64,000 nt of DNA from an uncultured archaeon (GCA_964508365.1 CAZDTP010000008.1:35513-99512); one strand, 5' to 3'; positions 45,463-55,775 are shown, numbered from the stretch's first letter. Translations and numbers: made by a program. The notes: generated by a model not told the origin, from the sequence alone.

Positions 45463-45483
45463 AAATCTTTAAGTTTAAGATTT
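45463..45483. promoter_or_regulatory. Inverted repeat upstream of fwdA (possible operator)
   Basis: AAATCTT-TAAGTTT-AAGATTT, perfect 7-bp arms. The AT-rich context makes chance occurrence plausible. Confidence 0.25.
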
Positions 45484-45898
45484 AATGATGAGTAATTTTT
45501 ACATGTTACTAATATTTTGAAGTGAGTGGATTATTTTTAAGTCATAAGTTATTCAAATAATTTAGCAAATATCTAAAAATAGATTTGAAGTGAAATCTTA
45601 TGCTGCGACAAGAATCAAAAGTATTTGAGCCTCGATTAATCAAAGAAGACGATTTATATGGAGAAAAAGAGGGGTTCAGCAAATAATTGACTCCTTTTTT
45701 ATACCTATGTAAATTAATTACATGATATTATTAATAGATTTTCATAACCATTACAATATATTCTCTTTTTTAAATTCCAAATTAACCAACTTACATTTCA
45801 TAAAAATTGAATTTATAATATAGAAAGAGTTTATTAAAATAGCAAATTTTTAATAATAATAGATTTTTGAACAAAATAAATTATAAGGGATACTTACG

Positions 45899-47620
45899 AT
45901 GAGTGATTTAATAATCAAAAACGGTTTGGTTTATGATCCTTTAAACAATCTCAACGGTGAAAAGAAAGATATCTTCATTAAAGACGGCGTTATCGTCGAT
46001 AAGGTAAACAGTGATACCAAAGTTATCAATGCTGCGGGGATGATAGTTATGCCTGGAGGTGTAGATATTCATTCTCACATCGCGGGAGCGAAGGTAAACA
46101 CGGGACGATCACTTAGACCCGATGATAAACCCCCAGAATATAATGATAAGAAAACCAAGATAAGGCGTTCAGGATCAGGATTTAGCGTACCCAGTACGTG
46201 GTCTACGGGTTATAGATATGCTAAAATGGGATATACAACTGTATGCGAGCCAGCAATGCCTATGTTGGAAGCTCGACACACCCACGAAGAGTTTTTAGAA
46301 ATTCCGATTATCGATAAAATCGCTATGCCAATTTTTGGAAACAATTGGTTCGTATTGGAATTTATAAGAGCCAACGAAATCGAAAAGTTAGCAGCCTATG
46401 TTAATTGGATTTTAAAGGCTACAAAAGGGTACGCAATTAAACTTGTTAATCCTGGAGGCGTAGAAAACTGGGCTTGGGGTAAAAATTGCGACAATGTAGA
46501 TACACCCGTCTTATATTGGGATGTCACTCCTAGACAAATTGTTGAAAGTTTAGCGAAAGCAAATGAATTACTAAATTTACCACATTCCATTCATGTCCAT
46601 TGTAATAATTTAGGACACCCTGGAAATTATAAGCACTCAATTGAAACATTCAAGATTTGCGAAGGAATTAAACCAGCAGGCGACAGAAATAGTTCATTCC
46701 ATGTTACTCACTGCCAATTCAACGCATATGCAGGTACTAATTGGGGAGATATGAATTCAGGAGCAGCAGAGATCGCTGATTATGTTAACTCACACAAACA
46801 TATGACTTTAGATAGTGGTCAAGTTGTTTTCACAAAATACGCAACCACAACGATGACCGGAGATGGTCCATGGGAGTTTGCTCTCCATCATTTAGGTGGA
46901 GTGTCTGCGTGGGGCTCAAAACCAGGAATTAAATGGGTTAACGGTCAAGTAGAGGCAGAATCTGGATCAGGAGTAGTACCTTACTTCTTCTCACCAAAGA
47001 TTGGCGTTAATGCCATCCAATGGGCGATTGCTCTTGAGTTAATGCTATTGATAAAAGATCCTTGGCAGATCAGTCACACAACAGACCATCCTAATGGAGC
47101 ACCATTTACTACCTATCCTATTGTATTCAAATGGTTAATGGATAGCAAATCCCGAAAAGATATGTTAGAAAATGTAGTTTCAAAGAAAGCCAGTACGGCA
47201 ACATCGCTTCCAGACTTAGATCGAGAATATACATTAAGCGATTTGTGTATTGTAACGAGGGCAGGAACCGCTAAGACCTTAGGACTGAAAGATAGAGGCC
47301 ATCTTGGGGTCGGAGCGGTGGGCGACGTAGCGGTATATAAGTTAGATCAAAAGACGATGGATGGGAAAGCAATCGAGAAAGCGTTTTCAAGTGCTGCTTA
47401 CACCATAAAGGACGGTAAGATTGTAGTGAAAGACGGTGAAATAACAGCTACAACTTTAGGAACCTTACTCCGAGCGGAGGGTATAGTTAAAGATCATGTT
47501 CACGAGGAAATGATGGAAGAAGTAAAAACACGCTGGCGCGACCATTACAGCATAAACTTTAATAATTACGCGGTTCAAGACGTGTATGCTCCCAAAGAAA
47601 AAGTGATCAAAGGGGCATGA
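45899..47620 (+). CDS. fwdA: Formylmethanofuran dehydrogenase subunit A
   Basis: MPGGVDIHSHIAG, GYTTVCEPA, KLVNPGG, HVHCNNLG and TDHPNG. Confidence 0.96.
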   Translation: MSDLIIKNGLVYDPLNNLNGEKKDIFIKDGVIVDKVNSDTKVINAAGMIVMPGGVDIHSHIAGAKVNTGRSLRPDDKPPEYNDKKTKIRRSGSGFSVPSTWSTGYRYAKMGYTTVCEPAMPMLEARHTHEEFLEIPIIDKIAMPIFGNNWFVLEFIRANEIEKLAAYVNWILKATKGYAIKLVNPGGVENWAWGKNCDNVDTPVLYWDVTPRQIVESLAKANELLNLPHSIHVHCNNLGHPGNYKHSIETFKICEGIKPAGDRNSSFHVTHCQFNAYAGTNWGDMNSGAAEIADYVNSHKHMTLDSGQVVFTKYATTTMTGDGPWEFALHHLGGVSAWGSKPGIKWVNGQVEAESGSGVVPYFFSPKIGVNAIQWAIALELMLLIKDPWQISHTTDHPNGAPFTTYPIVFKWLMDSKSRKDMLENVVSKKASTATSLPDLDREYTLSDLCIVTRAGTAKTLGLKDRGHLGVGAVGDVAVYKLDQKTMDGKAIEKAFSSAAYTIKDGKIVVKDGEITATTLGTLLRAEGIVKDHVHEEMMEEVKTRWRDHYSINFNNYAVQDVYAPKEKVIKGA

Positions 47621-47817
47621 AATCTACTTAATTTTTTTACAAAAATTCTAAACATTTTCAGTTTTCTCTCTATAATATTCTTGCATCCAGCTTATGATGT
47701 ATATTAGGTAGATATTAAGAATATGTACTAAAATTTATATTATAAAGTCTCCTTTTTAAGCACTAAAGGTATTATATATATTTAAGCGTCTAATAATTTC
47801 TATAAAATTCTTGTGTA

Positions 47818-48222
47818 ATGAAAGGGTTAAAGAAAAGGAGAGTTTTTAAAACTTCTTTAGAGGAACTGTTAAAGGATATCATGGACAATGTCGAAGGAGT
47901 AAAAGCAGCTCAACTTTCGGCAGATACAGGTCAACCTCTTGCCTCAGTTCTACCATCCACTACGGATGATATGCGATTAGCTGCAATAACAGCTGCACTA
48001 TGTTCATTAAGCGAACGCGCAATTGGAGAAATGGGATTAGGGGAGTTTGAGCAATCCTATATTCAAGCTAAAAATGGATATCTTTTAGTGCTACACGCGG
48101 GAGAAGATCAAGTTTTAACCGTTTCTACTACTAAAGATGTTAAGCTTGCCCCAATTCTTTATAAACATTATAAAAATCTCGAAGACGGCGAGGAAATAGT
48201 AAGTAATACCCCAAATCTTTAA
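47818..48222 (+). CDS. Roadblock/LC7 domain protein
   Basis: VEGVKAAQL..DTGQPLAS, LAAITAAL.SLSERA..E and IQAKNGYLL. Confidence 0.88.
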   Translation: MKGLKKRRVFKTSLEELLKDIMDNVEGVKAAQLSADTGQPLASVLPSTTDDMRLAAITAALCSLSERAIGEMGLGEFEQSYIQAKNGYLLVLHAGEDQVLTVSTTKDVKLAPILYKHYKNLEDGEEIVSNTPNL

Positions 48223-48268
48223 TCTTAAATATTAAAGGAGATTATTTTATATTAGAATAAAAAGTTGT

Positions 48269-49714
48269 TTATTTTACCTTTTTATCTTCGATATCGAGAC
48301 CTAATTCTTTTAAGCGATCTCGAATTAAATCGCTTATATCATAGAGATTCTTTTCTCTCAATTTGGTTCTCGTTTCAATAATTAAATTAATGAGATTTTT
48401 TATGAGGTTATCTTTCTCGTCGATGCCAACCGTTGAGAAAGGTAGCGTTTTTGATTTTAAAAAAGGAAAAATCCCGAAAATTTCCTCAATAAACTTGATA
48501 TAATTTAAGAATTGATCTTTGAACGATTCATTAATCTTTAACCCATCTTGTAATATAGCTTTATTTATTTCCCTAAATAGGGTTAATAGCTCAGCTAAAG
48601 CTACGGGAGTATCAAAATCATCGTCCATAGCTTCAATTATTTTACCTTTAGATTCCATAATTTTATTATTCAAAATAGTAAGCTTTTTAGACGGTTTTTC
48701 GCTAAACTCAGCATCGTTAACTTTCTTGATCGTATTAATTAAGCGGTTATATGTTTTCTTTGCTGGTTCCATGCTGTCAGGAGTGTAATTATTTGAACTT
48801 CGATAATGACTCGATATCAGATACCAGCGGATAACCATCGGATCGAAATCTTTTGCAATATCAGATACGGTAAAAAAATTATTTAGGCTTTTTGACATTT
48901 TTTCGTTGTTTACATTCACGTAACCATTATGTAAGAAATATTTAGCAAAAGGTTTTCCTGAATAAGATTCTGATTGGGCAATCTCGTTTCTATGATGAGG
49001 AAATCTTAGATCTTGCCCTCCTCCATGGATATCAATCGTTTCTCCTAAGTAATTTAGAATCATAACTGAACATTCGATGTGCCATCCAGGGCGTCCCTTA
49101 CCCCACGGACTTTCCCAATAAGGCTCTCCTTCTTTCATTTTCTTCCACAAAGCAAAATCACGCTTATCGAGCTTATCCTCGCCAAAAGCAGTATCTTGAT
49201 CGACTATATAATCCTTTTCTTCGCTTTCATTATTATGATCTTTTTTTCTTTGAAGTATTGAAGAATATTTGGGGAATGACTCAACCGAAAAATATACTGA
49301 TCCATTTCGTTCATAAGCGTGACCTTTTGAAATTAATTTTTGGGTGAATTTAATAATTAGATCAATTACTTCCGTTGCTCGAGGATTTCGAGTGTCTTTT
49401 TCAACATTCAACATCTCCATGATTTCTTTGTATTCGCTTATATAGCGATTGCTTATTGTTCTATAATCTTCATTGCTTTCTTGCGAGCTCTTGATAATTT
49501 TATCGTCTATATCAGTGTAATTTTTTACAATGTTTACTTCGTATCCTTTATACTTTAAATATCTATGAATTAAATCAAAAGCGACAGCAGACTTTACATG
49601 GCCTAGATGCGGACTTCCATAAACTGTAACTCCGCAAACGTACATCTTGACTTTTCCAGGCTCTAGTGGCACAAATTCTTCTTTTTGGAATGTTAGACTA
49701 TTGTATATTTTCAT
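48269..49714 (-). CDS. cysS: Cysteinyl-tRNA synthetase (class I)
   Basis: YVCGVTVY..PHLGH, GRPGWHIECS, DIHGGGQDL.FPHH and KMSKS. The true start is ATG 49714; the track ORF extends into the tRNA gene. Confidence 0.97.
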   Translation of the reverse strand: MKIYNSLTFQKEEFVPLEPGKVKMYVCGVTVYGSPHLGHVKSAVAFDLIHRYLKYKGYEVNIVKNYTDIDDKIIKSSQESNEDYRTISNRYISEYKEIMEMLNVEKDTRNPRATEVIDLIIKFTQKLISKGHAYERNGSVYFSVESFPKYSSILQRKKDHNNESEEKDYIVDQDTAFGEDKLDKRDFALWKKMKEGEPYWESPWGKGRPGWHIECSVMILNYLGETIDIHGGGQDLRFPHHRNEIAQSESYSGKPFAKYFLHNGYVNVNNEKMSKSLNNFFTVSDIAKDFDPMVIRWYLISSHYRSSNNYTPDSMEPAKKTYNRLINTIKKVNDAEFSEKPSKKLTILNNKIMESKGKIIEAMDDDFDTPVALAELLTLFREINKAILQDGLKINESFKDQFLNYIKFIEEIFGIFPFLKSKTLPFSTVGIDEKDNLIKNLINLIIETRTKLREKNLYDISDLIRDRLKELGLDIEDKKVK

Positions 49715-49759
49715 GATTGTTGATACACCCAAATTAAATGATTGAGAAGATGGTTTAAG

Positions 49760-49840
49760 AGCCAGTGGAGGGATTTGCACCCTCGATGCTGAAAGCAACG
49801 GCTCTGCAGGCCGCCTCCTTAACTACTCGGATACGCTGGC
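49760..49840 (-). tRNA. tRNA-Cys(GCA) with a long variable arm, 81 nt, no encoded CCA
   Basis: GCCAGCG/CACTGGC acceptor stem + U73; TCCG..AGGA D arm; GCGGC-CTGCAGA-GCCGT anticodon arm; TGCT-TTC-AGCA-TC variable arm; GAGGG-TGCAAAT-CCCTC T arm. Confidence 0.9.
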
Positions 49841-50016
49841 TAGTTAGATTATTATATAATGATAAATGATTTGTTAAATTTGATTTTTTGATTAAATAAA
49901 TATCACTATCTAATTCTAAAAAAGTAGAATATGCTAAAAATTTGTTGTTAATGAAATAAAAATGTTTGTCCTATTATGATAATCGATGTTATCCAATTTT
50001 AAATTTTATTGGAATC

Positions 50017-50529
50017 TTAATTAATACATTTTTCGCAACATTGATTATTTGAAGTTAAACCACAATCCTCGAAATTAAAATCAAATGGGAGGACAAAATC
50101 ATTTGTGACATCAGTTATAATATCCATAGAGACCTCTAATATGTTAGGATCTTTTCTAAAATGATGGTTTACAATCTCATCAAGATGCGCGAGTTTATTA
50201 CTTACTATTAGAATACTAAGATTCGAAGTACCGCTTAATCTAAATGCGTTGAGCATGTAAGGACAATTTTTCACTAATTTAACTATTTCATCTGGTTTTA
50301 ATGTCTGAATTTCAACTCTTGCTAAGAGTAAATCCATAGTTTTTACATTTATACCTGCTTGAAATTTTAGGACGCCTGATTTCTCAAGTTTACGAATTCT
50401 CATTCCAATTGTAGGCTGGCTTCGATTAACTTTCTTAGCGATCTCGGTATGGGTAAGCATTGGCTCTTTTTGGATTATCTCAATTATATTCTTGTCTATT
50501 TCATCGATTTTAAAGACTTCACTTTCCAT
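50017..50529 (-). CDS. Lrp/AsnC-family transcriptional regulator with a C-terminal Cys cluster
   Basis: DEIDKNII..IQ, HTH and RIRKLEKSGV, then a RAM domain and C..CCEKC tail. Confidence 0.9.
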   Translation of the reverse strand: MESEVFKIDEIDKNIIEIIQKEPMLTHTEIAKKVNRSQPTIGMRIRKLEKSGVLKFQAGINVKTMDLLLARVEIQTLKPDEIVKLVKNCPYMLNAFRLSGTSNLSILIVSNKLAHLDEIVNHHFRKDPNILEVSMDIITDVTNDFVLPFDFNFEDCGLTSNNQCCEKCIN

Positions 50530-50695
50530 AATTTTTTGTCTTAAAAGTTTTTTATATATTCATTAATAACGATATGCCGATATTTAAATATTACGGTGAT
50601 CTTATATTTATATATAAACGTTTAATAAATAATTAAAAATACTTTTAAAAGCGATTAAAACCAATAATCCCAAAATATAACAGAATAGAATTTAT

Positions 50696-51031
50696 ATGAG
50701 TGAATTTAAAAAAAATATCGTCGAGTTTTTAAAAGTATTAGCGGATCAAACTCGATTAGAGATACTAGATTTACTAAATCATGAGAAGAAAGTCTCTTCT
50801 GAAATTCAATCTGCCCTGAACAAATCGCAATCTACAATTTCTCAACATTTAAAGGTTTTAACTAGTAGGAACCTCATTATTTTTGAAAGAATTAATAATA
50901 TTAAGTATTATCAAATCAAGAATTTAGAGATCTTTAAACTCCTAGTAGAAATTAAGGATTTTGTTGCAAAAATAAATCAAGAAAAACTCAAAGATTTAAG
51001 AGATTTAGATGTTATTGATACATTATCATAA
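50696..51031 (+). CDS. ArsR/SmtB-family transcriptional regulator
   Basis: LKVLADQTRLEIL and SQSTISQHLKVL. Confidence 0.92.
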   Translation: MSEFKKNIVEFLKVLADQTRLEILDLLNHEKKVSSEIQSALNKSQSTISQHLKVLTSRNLIIFERINNIKYYQIKNLEIFKLLVEIKDFVAKINQEKLKDLRDLDVIDTLS

Positions 51032-51058
51032 TTTGGTTATTTTAAATCCCTTGATTAA

Positions 51059-51610
51059 ATGAATTCAACAATGACAGAAGACACATCTAATAACTCAAAA
51101 AAAGTATTGTTAATGGGTTTAGATAATTCCGGTAAAACATCTATCGTATTGTGTTTGAGGGGTGTGAAGAATTTATCGTCGTTTTCCTCGCTAAATCCCA
51201 CGAGAGGGGTCAGGATCAATAAATTCCAAGCTTTAGGCTCAGAATATAGCATTTGGGATTTTGGTGGCCAACAACAGTTCCGAAATGGCTATTTAAACGA
51301 CTTTCAAACACATATAAAAGGAACTAAGAAATTTATTTATGTCTTAGACATCCAGGATCGGGAGCGGTATGACATTTCATTAGAATACTTAAGTAAAATC
51401 CTAGCTCTCTTAAGGAAACATAAGATGACTATCGATTTTTCTATATTTTTACATAAATATGATCCCGATTTGGAATTCACATCTTCCAAATTTGATGAAA
51501 GCGTAATTTCTGATTTGATCAGAAATATTAAAAAATTAATTCCATACGATTTCGCGCACCAAATTTACAAAACATCAATTTATACTGTTTTTCAGAAATT
51601 AGCAATATAA
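51059..51610 (+). CDS. Small GTPase, Rag/Gtr- or Arf-like (eukaryotic signature protein)
   Basis: G1 GLDNSGKTS, G2 PT, G3 WDFGGQ, G4 HKYD and G5 TSIY. Confidence 0.9.
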   Translation: MNSTMTEDTSNNSKKVLLMGLDNSGKTSIVLCLRGVKNLSSFSSLNPTRGVRINKFQALGSEYSIWDFGGQQQFRNGYLNDFQTHIKGTKKFIYVLDIQDRERYDISLEYLSKILALLRKHKMTIDFSIFLHKYDPDLEFTSSKFDESVISDLIRNIKKLIPYDFAHQIYKTSIYTVFQKLAI

Positions 51611-51636
51611 AAAATAGGAAAAGGAAGTGAATTTGC

Positions 51637-53817
51637 TTGCTTAATAATGTAAATGATTCAAAAGCATCGATGTTTCAGCGTGATTTAATTGAATATATTA
51701 TTTTAGGAATAGGACTATTTCTTACATTTTTACTAAGCACTTATAGCTATTTACTTTTTCACTCTATCGCTGAAGTAATTAGCATAGTTATATCGGGGGG
51801 GATTTTTTTTATTGGCTGGAACTCACGAAAGTACATGAATAGCTCATTTTTTTTAATTATTGGGATTTCTTTTCTTTTTATTAGCCTAATAGATTTAATT
51901 CACACATTATCTTACTCTGGAATGAGCATTTTTCTAGAATTCGATGCGAATCTTCCAACACAATTGTGGATCGCTGCTAGATATTGGCAATCCATTTCTT
52001 ATTTTCTTGCTTTAATTGCGATAAAAAAGAAAATTAACGCAGGTTACCTAATGCTCAGTGGAGTAGTAATAATTTCGATTCTTTTAGCTACGATTTTTTA
52101 TCGTATATTTCCAACATGTTATATAGTAGGTATAGGGTTAACACCTTTCAAAATTATAAGTGAATATATAATTGATTTAATCCTTTTAGTTTCAATAATA
52201 TTATTGTGCAAATTTCGAAGCGAATTTAATAAGAAGATATTTCTTTTAGTTATAACATCCATTAGCACTACGATCATTTCTGAATTGGCATTTACATTCT
52301 ATGTGAGCGTATTTGACTTTTCAAATTTGATTGGTCATATTTTAAAAATAATTGCTTTTTTTTTCATATATAAGGCAATAATCGAAAAAGGTTTGCAGGA
52401 TCCCTTTGGATTGCTACTTAGGAAGTTAAAGTCGAGTGAAGAAAAATATAGAACTTTAGTCGAAGATTCACTAGAGGGTATATGGGCATTTGATGATAAA
52501 ACCAACACTACTTTTGTTAATCAAAGCATGGCAAACATATTCGGCTATGAGGTAGATGAGATGATGGGAAAAAATCTTTATCAATTCATAGAGGATGATA
52601 GTAAAAAAATCGCTAAAATAAATTTTGAACGAAGTAAGCTAGGGATAATAGAAGATCATGAGTTTGAATTTATCCACAAATCTGGAAGAGAGGTATTTGC
52701 AACTGTAAGAACTTCTCCAATATTCAATGAAAATGGAAATTTCAACGGTGCTATGGCGTTTGTAACTGATATTTCTGAGCAAAAAATTGCACGAGAAAAA
52801 ATAGCAGATATGGCAAGGTTTTATACTGAGAATCCTAATCCCGTGCTAAGATTAAGTAATAAATATGTCCTTTTAGCTAATAAGGTTAGCCAAACTTTAT
52901 TCAGAATAGGGGAAGGTAGTAGAATTCCTGATGTTATTACAAAATTTGTTGACGAAGCTTTTTCTATGGATAAGAATATTGAAATGGAATTAAAAATCAA
53001 GGATCGAATCTACAACCTATTCATTGTGCCGATTAAAGAAAAAGGGTATGCGAATATATATGGCATGGATATAACCGCTCGGAAAGAAGCTGAAGATAAC
53101 TTGGGTCGTTTTGTTTCTACGGTTTCTCACGAATTAAGAACACCAGTTAGCGTATTAATAATGTCAATTGAATTTTTAGAAAACCACTCTGATAAAATTA
53201 CTCCAGAAATCAATAAAAAATTGAGAGAAGGAATCTCAAGAAATATCTACCTCCTAAAAGACTTAATTGAAGATATTTTAACGCTTTCAAGAATTGATGA
53301 GGGGAAAGCTGAAATGGAATGGAACGAATATAAACCATCCCTAGTAATTAAAGATATTTTAAATTTGATGGAACTAATTGGCAACGAGAAAAATGTAACT
53401 TTTAAGGTAGATATTAGCGAAGAAATCAAATTATACGGAGACAATAAAAAAGTTGATCAAATATTTCGTATTTTTGTTGACAATGCTATAAAATATTCAA
53501 AGGAAAGAAATAATATAGAGATAAAAGCAATTGATCATTACAAAGGTGAATATAATGCTAATGAAAGGGACGGAGTATTATTCCAATTTAAAGATAGTGG
53601 TATAGGAATTTCGAAAAGCGATATCTCTTCTATTTTTGAAAGATTTTATAGGTCAGAACAAGTTACTGATATACCCGGAACGGGATTAGGATTATCTATT
53701 GCGAAAGAATTGATTATACTTCATTCTGGAGAAGTTTATGTTGAGAGCGAATATGGTAAAGGAACAACTTTTTACATTTTCCTTCCGAGAATTGAAAAAG
53801 AAATATATACTAACTAA
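51637..53817 (+). CDS. Membrane sensor histidine kinase (MASE3-like TM region, PAS, HisKA, HATPase)
   Basis: 7 TM, PAS (YRTLVE...TTFVN), SHELRTP, DNAIKY, DSGIGI and GTGLGL. Confidence 0.93.
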   Translation: MLNNVNDSKASMFQRDLIEYIILGIGLFLTFLLSTYSYLLFHSIAEVISIVISGGIFFIGWNSRKYMNSSFFLIIGISFLFISLIDLIHTLSYSGMSIFLEFDANLPTQLWIAARYWQSISYFLALIAIKKKINAGYLMLSGVVIISILLATIFYRIFPTCYIVGIGLTPFKIISEYIIDLILLVSIILLCKFRSEFNKKIFLLVITSISTTIISELAFTFYVSVFDFSNLIGHILKIIAFFFIYKAIIEKGLQDPFGLLLRKLKSSEEKYRTLVEDSLEGIWAFDDKTNTTFVNQSMANIFGYEVDEMMGKNLYQFIEDDSKKIAKINFERSKLGIIEDHEFEFIHKSGREVFATVRTSPIFNENGNFNGAMAFVTDISEQKIAREKIADMARFYTENPNPVLRLSNKYVLLANKVSQTLFRIGEGSRIPDVITKFVDEAFSMDKNIEMELKIKDRIYNLFIVPIKEKGYANIYGMDITARKEAEDNLGRFVSTVSHELRTPVSVLIMSIEFLENHSDKITPEINKKLREGISRNIYLLKDLIEDILTLSRIDEGKAEMEWNEYKPSLVIKDILNLMELIGNEKNVTFKVDISEEIKLYGDNKKVDQIFRIFVDNAIKYSKERNNIEIKAIDHYKGEYNANERDGVLFQFKDSGIGISKSDISSIFERFYRSEQVTDIPGTGLGLSIAKELIILHSGEVYVESEYGKGTTFYIFLPRIEKEIYTN

Positions 53818-53868
53818 CCCTAATTCTATTGTACTCGAAATTTAAAAAAAAATTCAGTTAGATTCCCC

Positions 53869-54765
53869 TTGAAACCTCTTATTCTTGTTGTTGAGGATAA
53901 CCTTGATTTATTGTATAATTTAAAAATATTATTAGAATCTAATAACTACAAACCCGTAACTGCGAGAAATGGAAAAGAAGCTATAGAAATTCTCTCTAAC
54001 CTTGAGGAAATTCCTGATGTTATTATTAGCGATATTATGATGCCTGAAATGGATGGGTATGAATTTTTTAAAATAATCTCAAACGAGCCGCGATGGAATA
54101 GAATTCCATTCGTATTTCTTTCAGCGCTCATTAATCCTAAAGATATAAGATATGGAAGGCTGCTTGGGGTGGATGATTATTTAACTAAGCCATTTGACGA
54201 GAGAGATTTACTCGCAATATTATCAGGTAGAATTGCTCGTAATAAAAGAATTAATGCATTAAACAAAAAAATTAACGAATCGTTTTCAACTACGAATTTA
54301 AAAATGAATATCCCGATTGAGGATCAAAGAGAACTTTTTATCCTTTTATTTTTAGCATTTTGGGATGATAAAACCGGTCCAGAATTAAATCAATATTTCC
54401 CTGAGGAAAAAAATTTTCCAATTCCCTTAGATGACATTGTAAATCAATTATTTACGGTAGCAACTTCAATTTATGGTCACGATAAGATTACAAAGGCTGA
54501 AGGGGTATTATTGGATATAAAAAATCTAAATAATCGTGGTTATCTCTTTTTTGATTCATATCCTGACAAAAAAGAAAGATTTGGAGAAAAACAATATATG
54601 ATTGCAGTTATCGCACCATCAATTAACTATTTTCACACATTAGAGATAAAAGAGATATTTATTGATTTATCTGAAAAAATAAAAAAAAAAACTAATTGGA
54701 ACATTGAAGAATATTGGAAGAAAATTTATGATATAATGTTAATAGATCCAATAAAAATTGAATAA
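53869..54765 (+). CDS. Response-regulator receiver fused to a longin/uDENN-like domain
   Basis: VVEDN, ISDIMMPEMDG and YLTKPF. The C-terminal LFLAFWDDKTGPELNQYFP pattern resembles the FD..GP....YP start of longin/uDENN domains. Confidence 0.75.
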   Translation: MKPLILVVEDNLDLLYNLKILLESNNYKPVTARNGKEAIEILSNLEEIPDVIISDIMMPEMDGYEFFKIISNEPRWNRIPFVFLSALINPKDIRYGRLLGVDDYLTKPFDERDLLAILSGRIARNKRINALNKKINESFSTTNLKMNIPIEDQRELFILLFLAFWDDKTGPELNQYFPEEKNFPIPLDDIVNQLFTVATSIYGHDKITKAEGVLLDIKNLNNRGYLFFDSYPDKKERFGEKQYMIAVIAPSINYFHTLEIKEIFIDLSEKIKKKTNWNIEEYWKKIYDIMLIDPIKIE

Positions 54766-54803
54766 ATTTTATTGATATTTGAGTTATTACCTGATCCTTG
54801 CCA

Positions 54804-55754
54804 CTAAAAACGAAATAAATCAGTAGAGAGATATTTTTCTCCACCATCAGGTAGTAAAGCTACAAGATTTTCTCCTTCTTCGAAATCTTTTGAAGCTTCA
54901 TAAATAGCAGCCCAAGCACACGCTCCTGCAGAAATTCCCACAAATATTCCTTCTAATTTAGCTAATTTTCTTGCTGTTGCGACGGCATCACTATAATCTA
55001 CAGTAATAATTTTATCGTATATTTCGGTGTTTAGCACTTCTGGTATAAATCCCGCACCTATACCTTGAATTTTATGTGGTCCAGGTTCTTCTCCTGATAA
55101 AATCGCAGACCCTTTAGGTTCCACAGCATAAACTTTAAACCTTGCTCCTACCCTATCTTTTAATATTTCACCTACACCAGTTATAGTTCCTCCTGTTCCA
55201 ATTCCAGCAATAAATCCTTCGACTTGACCATCTAAGTCGTTAAATATTTCTTTAGCTGTGGTTCTTCTGTGGATATCTGGATTAGCAAGATTCCTAAATT
55301 GTTGAGGGATATACACCTTTCCTCTCTCCTCTGCAATTTCTTCTGCTTTCGTTATAGAACCTTTCATACCTTCCTCTTTTGGCGTGAAAATGACTTCGGC
55401 GCCATAAGCTCGAAGAATTTGCGTTCTTTCAATAGTTACACTTTCAGGCATAGTAAGGATTAATTTATAGCCTTTTACAGCACATGTAATCGCAAGACCA
55501 ATCCCTGTATTTCCCGATGTGGGCTCAACGATTATAGTGTCGCTATCAATTATGCCTTCTTCTTCAGCTTTAAGGATCATGTTCATACCAATTCTGTCTT
55601 TAACGCTACCACCAGGATTAAAAGATTCTAACTTAACAAATATATTCGGTTTAACATCACTAGTAATTCGATTAAGCTTTACTAATGGAGTCTTTCCTAT
55701 TGTTTCTAAAATACTATTATAATAATTAGCCATAATTTTTTCCTCTTTATTCAT
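54804..55754 (-). CDS. cysK: Cysteine synthase (O-acetylserine sulfhydrylase)
   Basis: NPGGSVKDR (PLP Lys), EPTSGNTGIGLA, GTGGT and HKIQGIG. Confidence 0.96.
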   Translation of the reverse strand: MNKEEKIMANYYNSILETIGKTPLVKLNRITSDVKPNIFVKLESFNPGGSVKDRIGMNMILKAEEEGIIDSDTIIVEPTSGNTGIGLAITCAVKGYKLILTMPESVTIERTQILRAYGAEVIFTPKEEGMKGSITKAEEIAEERGKVYIPQQFRNLANPDIHRRTTAKEIFNDLDGQVEGFIAGIGTGGTITGVGEILKDRVGARFKVYAVEPKGSAILSGEEPGPHKIQGIGAGFIPEVLNTEIYDKIITVDYSDAVATARKLAKLEGIFVGISAGACAWAAIYEASKDFEEGENLVALLPDGGEKYLSTDLFRF

Positions 55755-55775
55755 TTTAAAAAAAAATCGTCAAGC

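Noticed and set aside
47612-47660. fwdA ends in ...GCA-TGA (AUGA), considered as Sec readthrough or SECIS
   Set aside because: The protein is already full length, no helix follows, and a T-rich terminator-like tract comes next.
49715-49798. 28-aa N-terminal extension of CysRS in the ORF track
   Set aside because: It runs through the tRNA gene; CysRS homologs start at MKIYNSLT (ATG 49714).
49786-49798. tRNA variable-arm insert considered as an archaeal intron
   Set aside because: Only about 8 nt in excess of a normal loop, no bulge-helix-bulge is apparent, and it folds as a clean stem-loop.
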